DNA of 15,345 nt from the NCBI GenBank assembly GCA_964610875.1, contig CAZSWP010000060.1:1-15345 (forward strand), written 5' to 3'. The first letter of the stretch is position 1. Every line of letters starts with the position of its first letter. Positions 7,835 to 14,857 of this stretch are shown here, one piece after another. The position numbers and the translations under genes are program-made. Source of the DNA: an uncultured archaeon. Its GTDB lineage: Archaea; Asgardarchaeota; Thorarchaeia; Thorarchaeales; Thorarchaeaceae. The notes beneath the pieces are model-generated. The model was not told the origin of the DNA and did no database searches. It saw only the letters and a program-made list of their open reading frames with translations.

Positions 7835-9745
7835 TCAGTTCTTTCGAATCAATCTCAATGCGTTAGAAATCACAGCCAAGGTGAGACCCATATCTCCAAC
7901 CGCAATTGCAACCCATAAGGGAACACTGCCTAATACTGCCAGTAGTACTAAGACTAGTTTTAGTCCAATAGCTACAACTACATTTTGTCGGACAATTCTC
8001 ATAGTCTTCTTTGCCCTATGAATTAGGCTTAGTACTTGGGAGAGGTCATCTTTCATCAAAGCAACATCTGCAGTTTCCAAAGCGACATCACTTCCAATTA
8101 CTCCCATAGCAATGCCAACGTCAGCAGTAGCTAGAGCTGGTGCATCATTGACTCCATCTCCAATCATGATCACTGGTCCCTTTCTGGATATCTCTTCAAG
8201 TTTTGTCACTTTGTCATCAGGAAGAAGGTCAGCAAAGTATTGATCAATTTTGAGATATTCAGCAACCTCTTTGGCTGCTGCTGTACTGTCACCTGTGAGC
8301 ATAACAGTTTCTATGTTCATGTCATTCAATTCTTCAAGAGCTTCCTTTGTTGTGCTTCTAACATGATCTTGAAGAACAATTGCTCCCATGTGTGAGTCTC
8401 CTTTTGCAATGTGAACTATGGTTCCTACTCCACATGAATGCTCTTCATCTAAATCCAGAACAATTCCTTCTTTTTCCAATAATTCTGCTTTGCCAGCAAC
8501 ATAGGTCACATCACTCACTTTACCTATTACACCCCGTCCTGCAACAGAGCTCCAGTCATCTACAGGTGAGGCTGTGACACCTCGCTCTTCTGCAGCATTG
8601 ATAATTGCCAATGCAATAGGATGCTGTGACATCTGCTCCATCGAAAGACCTGCCTGAAGTATCTCCTCATCAGTGAATCCATTATGAGTACAAATAGAAC
8701 CGACTGATAATCTTCCTTCAGTCAGTGTTCCTGTTTTATCGAAAGCCACTGTTTTTGCGTTAGAGATTGCTTCAATATATTCTGCACCTTTGACCAAAAC
8801 ACCCTCTCTTGCTGCTCCTGCGATGGTAGAGACCATGCTTATGGGTATGGAGATTGCAAAGGCACATGGACACGAGATGACCAACAGAGTGAGACCTCTA
8901 TATAATGAATCCTGAAGGGTGTTACCAAATAAGAATGTGACCAATCCAAGAAGAAATGCTCCAACAACTACGATTGGAGTATAGACATGTGAGAAGCGTT
9001 CAACGAATCTTTCAGTCTGTGATTTCTTCTTTTGGGATTCCTGTACCAGTTCAATAATCTTTGCAAGAATGGTATCTTCAGATGGTTTTGTTATCTCAAT
9101 TTCCAAGTACCCTTCTTGATTCAAAGTTCCAGCATAGACAACATCGCCAGTTGTTTTGGTCACAGGTATGGATTCTCCGGTTATTGGTGCTTGATTCACT
9201 GATGATGCGCCATTGACGACAATGCCATCCATACCTATTCTCTCGCCTGGACGTACTATCATTATTTGGCTTACTTCTGCATCCTCTACACGAATACATG
9301 TTTCGGAACCATTCACTTTTATTGTAACAGATGCTGGTTCAAGTTCTACAAGCGTTTGGAACTCTTTTCGAACTCGCTCTCCAGCCTTTTCTTCAAGTAG
9401 TTCTGCAATATAGAAGAGAAACATCACAGCTGCTCCCTCAGCTGGTTCACCAATCAGAACTGCTCCAAAAGCTGCAACGGTCATGAGAAAACTAATACCA
9501 AGATGAATGCGAATGATACTTCTAATCCCATTTGGGATCACCCATCGTCCAGCAGCTAGAATTGTAATCAGAAAGAATACTAATGCAATTTCAGAATGCA
9601 TCAAAAAAGATTCTACAATTATCCCTATTACAAGAGTGATTGTAGATATAACTGCAAGAGTATACTTTGTTCTGAAGTCCACTTCTTCCTTAGCAGCTCT
9701 TTCAGCCACACAATGTGCACATGATCTCACTCCGTTGGGATTCAT
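7835..9745 (-). CDS. Heavy-metal translocating P1B-type ATPase, Zn/Cd/Pb (ZntA/CadA-like, P1B-2) type
   Basis: TGES (A domain), CPC in the membrane helix, DKTGT phosphorylation site, HP, TGD and GDGVNDAP. The Lys in GLKLV and the Asp in VGDMG fit the P1B-2 membrane ligands. GAGGT SD upstream. Confidence 0.93.
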   Translation of the reverse strand: MNPNGVRSCAHCVAERAAKEEVDFRTKYTLAVISTITLVIGIIVESFLMHSEIALVFFLITILAAGRWVIPNGIRSIIRIHLGISFLMTVAAFGAVLIGEPAEGAAVMFLFYIAELLEEKAGERVRKEFQTLVELEPASVTIKVNGSETCIRVEDAEVSQIMIVRPGERIGMDGIVVNGASSVNQAPITGESIPVTKTTGDVVYAGTLNQEGYLEIEITKPSEDTILAKIIELVQESQKKKSQTERFVERFSHVYTPIVVVGAFLLGLVTFLFGNTLQDSLYRGLTLLVISCPCAFAISIPISMVSTIAGAAREGVLVKGAEYIEAISNAKTVAFDKTGTLTEGRLSVGSICTHNGFTDEEILQAGLSMEQMSQHPIALAIINAAEERGVTASPVDDWSSVAGRGVIGKVSDVTYVAGKAELLEKEGIVLDLDEEHSCGVGTIVHIAKGDSHMGAIVLQDHVRSTTKEALEELNDMNIETVMLTGDSTAAAKEVAEYLKIDQYFADLLPDDKVTKLEEISRKGPVIMIGDGVNDAPALATADVGIAMGVIGSDVALETADVALMKDDLSQVLSLIHRAKKTMRIVRQNVVVAIGLKLVLVLLAVLGSVPLWVAIAVGDMGLTLAVISNALRLIRKN

Positions 9746-9762
9746 GTTTTTGTTGACCTCAG

Positions 9763-9822
9763 TTATAGACCATGATTAACTATAATGAATAATATATGAA
9801 TATGTTGTTATGTCGCATATTC
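9763..9822. promoter_or_regulatory. AT-rich divergent promoter region with two inverted repeats, candidate metalloregulator operator(s)
   Basis: TTATAG-N11-CTATAA (9763-9785) and GAATATG-N11-CATATTC (9798-9822), just upstream of the P1B ATPase start. Confidence 0.4.
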
Positions 9823-9942
9823 TGAATAAATTTCTCCAAATATGTAGAACAGAATAAACATTATCTATGATGGATGCTTCTCTAGTTGCAGAAATACCTG
9901 ACCACTCTCCAATTCTCTAGTTCGAAATATGGGGGTTCTGAA

Positions 9943-11721
9943 ATGCCAAAACAGAGAAGGCAGAAAAGCCACAAAGATGATTTTCAATCTACCCAATACC
10001 TTAGTATATTGGAGATGGCAAATGATGGCTTCTTGATTTTTGATTCTGATGGCATTATCTTTTCAAATCCTGCTATCAGTAGGATTACTGGCTTCGAATT
10101 TGATGAATTACAAGGCATTGAACTTGTGGAACTGATTGAGCATGAATCATTGAACTTATTCAAGGAGAAGCAACTCAATATTGAAGAAGACAATTCAGGT
10201 GCAGGGAGTTTTAGTAGTAGGATTAAATGTAAAGAAGGTCACATTATAGATGTCGATATTGGTTTATCTCATATCTCATTAGAAGGCAATTCTATGGTCC
10301 TTGCAGTGATTAGAGATATGACCAAGAGAAAAGAGTTAGAGGCAGCATACGAGACTTCTCAAAAAAGATTAGAAGATGTCTATCAATCAGCACCTATTGC
10401 CTTTTTCACCTTGAGTAAATATGGAATGATTCAGAATGTTAACCCTGCTGCTGAAACTCTGTTAGGTTTCGAGCTAAATGATCTTGTTAGGAGAAATATT
10501 ACATCCTTGATGTCAGCAGCAGAACATTCTAGCAGTTTCGCAAATGAGTTGCTTGAACAAGTACTTCAAGGAAAGCGCATTCACGATGTAGAAACAAAAA
10601 TGAGACATGCAGATGGATCCAATATCTGGGTTAGTCTATCTGCAAGTCTAATAACTGAGTCGCCTGGAAAAGAATTGGTCAATCTAATGGTGACCAACAT
10701 TCATCGCCGAAAGACTGCAGAAGAAAAGGAAAAAGAAGAACGAGAAAGAGCGAATCTGTATCTAGAGGTTATGACCCATGACTTGACAAACATCAACCAA
10801 GGTCTTTCTTTCTCAATTGGGTTAATCGAGGCTGCGATGGAATTACCTCCTAGAGTTCAGGAGCTTGTGCGCGACACAAACTGGTATCTGAGAAGGTCTG
10901 CAAGAATGATCGCGAACCTTCGGTCTCTTATTGAACTGGATGAAGTTCCTTCAACCACAGAACGCACAAACATAAGTGAAATCATTAGCTTGGCGATGGA
11001 CTCAGTTCAAAGAGATTTCCCTTGGAAAGAGATAGAAGTCAATATAGAATTTGATAATCTAAGTATAGACGTTCTCGGTCATTCATTACTTTCTCATGCA
11101 GTCTTTAATATATTGCACAATGCATCTATGCACAATGAATCAAACGAAATCCAAGTAGATGTTAGAATAACGGATATTGATGGTGGCGAAAGAGTTCGAA
11201 TTGATTTCAGTGATTATGGTCCAGGTGTACAAGATTCTTTGAAAGAATTCATTTTCAAACGGACAGGTTCTCCTGATGCTCAAGTAGTTGGACGTGGTCT
11301 TGGGTTGACAGTCGCAGATGCAATTGTAAAGAAACTTGGTGGTAACATCTGGGTGGAAGACAGGGTAAAGGGAAACCATGGCAAGGGATCCAACTTCGTA
11401 CTTGTGCTTCCTGTCTGGACGGAATCTAAAGAACTAGAATGTGGACGTGAAGCATGTATCTCATTCTATAGGTCAAATCACTGTCTCTTTTGTAATCCAG
11501 TTAAAGAGATGTTGGACGTAATTCTTGATGAGATGGGAATTCCTTCAAGTATTGTAAGAGTGGTTAATGTGGATGACCCAAGGAATGACATATCACAATC
11601 CGCGATTCCTGTTGTTCCCATGATTCGCGCGTGTGGATTCGAATTAACTGGATTTGTGGGGGAAAATGAAATTCGTAAGATAATACTGGAAACCGCTGCA
11701 AAGCCTTGTTTCATGTATTAG
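9943..11721 (+). CDS. Cytoplasmic PAS-PAS sensor histidine kinase with a C-terminal thioredoxin/glutaredoxin-like CxxC domain
   Basis: Two PAS S-boxes (NPAISRITGF..EL.G; NPAAETLLGF..DL), H-box THDLTN, N-box NILHNA, G1 DYGPGV, F-box IFKR and G2 GRGLGL. The tail contains FYRSNHCLFCNPV...VVNVD...VVP...GF. The ATG at 9943 after GGGGG is preferred over the TTG at 9886. Confidence 0.9.
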   Translation: MPKQRRQKSHKDDFQSTQYLSILEMANDGFLIFDSDGIIFSNPAISRITGFEFDELQGIELVELIEHESLNLFKEKQLNIEEDNSGAGSFSSRIKCKEGHIIDVDIGLSHISLEGNSMVLAVIRDMTKRKELEAAYETSQKRLEDVYQSAPIAFFTLSKYGMIQNVNPAAETLLGFELNDLVRRNITSLMSAAEHSSSFANELLEQVLQGKRIHDVETKMRHADGSNIWVSLSASLITESPGKELVNLMVTNIHRRKTAEEKEKEERERANLYLEVMTHDLTNINQGLSFSIGLIEAAMELPPRVQELVRDTNWYLRRSARMIANLRSLIELDEVPSTTERTNISEIISLAMDSVQRDFPWKEIEVNIEFDNLSIDVLGHSLLSHAVFNILHNASMHNESNEIQVDVRITDIDGGERVRIDFSDYGPGVQDSLKEFIFKRTGSPDAQVVGRGLGLTVADAIVKKLGGNIWVEDRVKGNHGKGSNFVLVLPVWTESKELECGREACISFYRSNHCLFCNPVKEMLDVILDEMGIPSSIVRVVNVDDPRNDISQSAIPVVPMIRACGFELTGFVGENEIRKIILETAAKPCFMY

Positions 11722-11778
11722 TTAAGAATACAACGAATTCATAAACTAAGACGTATATTTTATTTGTTGGTGTAACAT

Positions 11779-12720
11779 TTGAATTTCGGTGTGCAAATTG
11801 AACCGCAATTTGGATTTACTTTGAAAGATGTAGCTCAGATTGCTGAAAAAGCACTTGCTTACAATTTTGGTACATTATGGTTTTCGGATCATTTCATGCT
11901 TGACGAAAACGCTACTGATAGAATACTTCTAGATCCATGGCTGCTAATGACTCATCTTGTCAACATGAATTCAAACATACGTGTTGGAACTCTGGTGCTA
12001 TGTAATAGCTATAGAATGCCTGCACTGCATGCAAAGATGGGTGCTACACTTGACTGGCTTTCAAAAGGGAGATTCGAGTTCGGTATAGGTGCAGGTTGGA
12101 AAGAACTGGAATACAATGCATATGGATATGAATTTCCTGATGATTTTACAAGGATTGAACAACTTGCTGAAGCTATCCAAATTATCAAAGGGATTTGGTC
12201 AAATGAAAAGTTCTCTTTCAAAGGAACTCATTATCAAGTGGAGCAAGTTGTTTCATCCCCTAAGCCAATTCAAAAGCCCCATCCTACTGTCTGGGTTGGT
12301 ACTATGAAAGGTAAGGTAAGAATGGTAGATGTAGCTGCTAGATATGGAGATGGTATCAATCTCGCTTGGGCTTTTTCTCCGGAAGAATGTGGTATAATAT
12401 TTGATGAGGTAGACTCCCGTGCGGAATCTTACACTCGAGAAAATGAAATTAAGAAGTCTGTAGGTTTCTGGACCAGATGCTTTGAAGATGAAAAAACTCT
12501 AGATAGTGCAATCAGTGAAGCAGCGAAGAAACGCGGCATCTCTGAAGAAAAATACAGAGAAAGAATATCTACGGCATTGTGGGGAACGCCCGAACAAATC
12601 AAAGAAAAACTCGTTCACTACAAAAAATTAGGAGTCAGTCATTTTATCTTCATGTTTCCACACGAGAATGAAATTGAACAAATAGAAATCTTTGGACAGG
12701 AAATACTGCCAAAGCTGTAA
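11779..12720 (+). CDS. LLM-class (luciferase-like) flavin-dependent oxidoreductase, probably F420-dependent
   Basis: WFSDHF, RVGTLVxCNSYRxPA, AKMxATLDxxSxGRxxxGIGAGWxExEYxAYG, PKPxQxPHP and GTPEQIxExL. Confidence 0.9.
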   Translation: MNFGVQIEPQFGFTLKDVAQIAEKALAYNFGTLWFSDHFMLDENATDRILLDPWLLMTHLVNMNSNIRVGTLVLCNSYRMPALHAKMGATLDWLSKGRFEFGIGAGWKELEYNAYGYEFPDDFTRIEQLAEAIQIIKGIWSNEKFSFKGTHYQVEQVVSSPKPIQKPHPTVWVGTMKGKVRMVDVAARYGDGINLAWAFSPEECGIIFDEVDSRAESYTRENEIKKSVGFWTRCFEDEKTLDSAISEAAKKRGISEEKYRERISTALWGTPEQIKEKLVHYKKLGVSHFIFMFPHENEIEQIEIFGQEILPKL

Positions 12721-12732
12721 AGAGAGAGATAT

Positions 12733-12767
12733 GACGGGTAAGGGGATATTACCCCCTATAAACCGTC
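12733..12767. terminator. GC-rich hairpin between the convergent LLM and dsrE genes (candidate bidirectional 3'-end structure)
   Basis: GACGG...GGGG-ATATTA-CCCC...CCGTC inverted repeat covering most of the 46-bp gap between the two stop codons. Confidence 0.5.
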
Positions 12768-13129
12768 TAGAATGTTAGAGTTGTGTCATGCTTCAAAGCA
12801 TCATCAATCATTGTGGCTGCTCCTGCAATTTCAATCCGTGGGTCTCTCAGGTCTTCTTGTTCGAGACCTCTGAACTCAGCGGAATTGGAGCAGACCTGAA
12901 TCTTTCCACCTTCTTCAAGAAAAGCATCGATCAGATCTGGTAGTGGTGGAAATCCAGGCGCTTTGATTTTCTCTGCAACACCTTTCTTCATTAGCCAAAC
13001 TGCATCCATCATCAAAAATATTGTAGCTTCAACATCTTGTGCTTGTGCAGTTGTTCCCGTAACAAATGGACCGTAGCAACGTTCTGCTGCTTCAGGACCC
13101 CATTGTCCAACTATGTATAGACTTGGCAT
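12767..13129 (-). CDS. DsrE/DsrF-family sulfurtransferase-like protein
   Basis: Pattern ER...PF...A....EATIFLMMDAVWL.KKG.AE.I...GFPPL..LI......GGKIQVC..S...RG....L......GAA carries the conserved active-site Cys (IQVC). GAGGAGG SD upstream. Confidence 0.88.
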   Translation of the reverse strand: MPSLYIVGQWGPEAAERCYGPFVTGTTAQAQDVEATIFLMMDAVWLMKKGVAEKIKAPGFPPLPDLIDAFLEEGGKIQVCSNSAEFRGLEQEDLRDPRIEIAGAATMIDDALKHDTTLTF

Positions 13130-13145
13130 ATTTTATTTTCCTCCT

Positions 13146-13529
13146 CTAAATCAAAATAATATCGCCCCAAACCACGAACAGTCCTATTAGATAGAACAGC
13201 GTTACTATGAGGTTTGTAATGTGTGAGCTGTGAATTGGTCCACCTTGCATTGTTTTCATAAGGATCGGCAAGACCTGTCCAAACTCCATCAAGAATGCGA
13301 GGAGTACAAGAACAAGATCTACTAGAATTATCCAATAGAGGATATCTGTCATCGTTGGGAAGATAAACCCAATAGCTAGGGCTCCTAGACCAACGAACAT
13401 TCCTAACATTAGCATCATTACCTGCATCATCAGGTACATTCCCATTCTCCTAGCCAACATGAACCCACTGAACATGGTGCTCATGTTGAGAGCAAACAGG
13501 ACAAACAATAGTAGTTGAAAGAATGCCAT
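13146..13529 (-). CDS. Small methionine-rich membrane protein (127 aa, about 4 TM), unknown function
   Basis: The ATG at 13529 is preceded by an AGGTGA SD. The protein is almost entirely hydrophobic, and its stop lies 16 bp upstream of the dsrE start, so the two probably form an operon. Confidence 0.75.
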   Translation of the reverse strand: MAFFQLLLFVLFALNMSTMFSGFMLARRMGMYLMMQVMMLMLGMFVGLGALAIGFIFPTMTDILYWIILVDLVLVLLAFLMEFGQVLPILMKTMQGGPIHSSHITNLIVTLFYLIGLFVVWGDIILI

Positions 13530-13707
13530 TGTGTTCACCTGTAATTTAGTTAACGATAAAAAATTAGTATATAATATTGATGTTATGACTACGACATTTT
13601 TTCTTAAATAAGTTACATATTGTAAGAGTAGAAACATAGAATGTTCGAAATACTACATCACAATTGTTAAAAAAGAAAGTCTTTGTTCCATTTTTCGTTG
13701 ATTAACC
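13530..13707. promoter_or_regulatory. Divergent promoter region for the membrane-dsrE operon and tusA, with three ACA..TGT dyads
   Basis: Very AT-rich. Dyads TTACAtatTGTAA (13613-13625), AACATagaATGTT (13633-13645) and ACAATTGT (13660-13667). Confidence 0.45.
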
Positions 13708-13941
13708 ATGACAGATGCAAACAGGGTATTTGATGCAAGCGGACTAAGATGTCCGATGCCAATTCTCAAGACAAAGAAAGAGATCAAAGAGATTGAGATT
13801 GGAGAGATTCTAAAAGTCATTGCTACTGATATTGGCACAAAGAAGGATTTTCCAGCTTGGGCCAAAAGGACAGGCAATGAGATCATCGAGCTAACAGAAG
13901 AGGGAGACAAGCTGATCTGGTTGATCAAGCGAGTCAAATAG
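13708..13941 (+). CDS. tusA: Sulfurtransferase / sulfur carrier, TusA (SirA/YedF/YeeD) family
   Basis: 77 aa. DASGLRCPMP (CPxP motif), GEILKVIATD, DFPAWA..TGN. Confidence 0.92.
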   Translation: MTDANRVFDASGLRCPMPILKTKKEIKEIEIGEILKVIATDIGTKKDFPAWAKRTGNEIIELTEEGDKLIWLIKRVK

Positions 13942-13965
13942 AAACTTGCATTCTCAAAACTTCAA

Positions 13966-13993
13966 GAGTTGGCTGGGCTAAGCCCTGCCTCTC
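13966..13993 (+). terminator. Hairpin downstream of tusA followed by a T-rich tract
   Basis: GAG-tt-GGC-t-GGGC-taa-GCCC-t-GCC-t-CTC, 24 nt after the stop and followed by attcattttatt. Confidence 0.5.
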
Positions 13994-14238
13994 ATAGATT
14001 CATTTTATTCTACGTAAACAATATACGGTGGATTCCATGAAAGTGAATTATTGAGAGTCTAGATTTTAACTGAAAAATTCTATCCCTTGGTTTGTTTGGG
14101 TTTTTTCTAGGTTTAGAACAAAGATTTTCCTCATGGATTTAAGACTACTTATCATATCGAATAGTTATGTATATTCTATTCTCGTTCTTGCGAAATGACT
14201 GAGCAGGCGGTATTACCGAGTCCAGTAGTTCCAAGTCG

Positions 14239-14550
14239 ATGCATGGTTCTTACGGCCTGAAAGCAAATACCCTGACTTATGATGACCTAAAAGACTTCGT
14301 AGAATGCTACAATCCATCAGATCGACATAACAGAAAGGATTCTGATCGATTCAAGAAATACTCCTATGATGAGATCATGAAGCGGGATAAAACTAACTTG
14401 GACATATTTTGGATCGAAGATGATAGTTTGGAAGACATTGAAAGCCTTCCAGAACCACATATCATAGCTGCAGAGATTGTAGACAATCTACAATCTGCAT
14501 TGGAGGAGTTCCAATCAATCCAAGAGGATTTAGAGGGGGTAGACAAGTAG
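14239..14550 (+). pseudogene. hsdM: Orphan 3' fragment of a type I restriction-modification methyltransferase (HsdM C-terminus)
   Basis: LKxNxLxxxDLxDFVxCYNP..RH.R..S.RF..YSYDEI..RDK.NLDIFWI.DDSLED...LPEP..IAAEIV.NL..AL..F is the typical HsdM tail. The catalytic NPPF and SAM-binding regions are absent, an in-frame TGA lies at 14200-14202, and no intact hsdS follows. Confidence 0.8.
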
Positions 14551-14857
14551 ATAGCATTCCTCACACTTCCCTTATGATGGAGAAATACTTTCCAACCCCT
14601 CACCTACAAATTGCCAACCCAAAGGGACTGGTATATGTAGTATTAACACTATTTTTCGTTTGAATAACCTGATAGATTGAAAAGAGCGATTGACTTACAT
14701 TAAGCTTAATGAAATCAAACTTGCGCGTAAAGAATGGGTTGGAATTCTACCAGATACTCTGAATGTTTACATCCGTTACATTTACAGCAGTGTGAGATTT
14801 GGTATAGAGATCTTATTCACTATAGGTGTAAACCATGACTAGATCATGAAAATGCAT

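Noticed and set aside
1462-12307. Many 60-90 aa alternative-frame and antisense ORFs in the track (e.g. 1462-1659, 3601-3846, 6814-7056, 9096-9299, 11478-11714)
   Set aside because: They lie within or largely overlap well-supported genes and lack family motifs. They are shadow ORFs, including the Cys-rich-looking ones.
13530-13637. 36-aa N-terminal extension of the Met-rich membrane ORF
   Set aside because: It runs through the AT-rich divergent promoter, and the ATG at 13529 has a clear AGGTGA SD.
13653-13937. 94-aa minus-strand ORF
   Set aside because: Antisense shadow of the clearly recognisable tusA.
14203-14260. tRNA-like appearance (GC-rich terminal stem, ACCGAG, GTTCCAAGTC)
   Set aside because: Too short, with no consistent cloverleaf, anticodon arm or correctly placed T-loop.
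14690-14842. 50-aa TTG-start ORF containing KEWVGILPD, faintly like the EWxGxIP N-terminus of some HsdS proteins
   Set aside because: The similarity covers only a few residues and the ORF lies about 140 bp from the hsdM fragment. That is not enough to call an hsdS remnant or a small gene.
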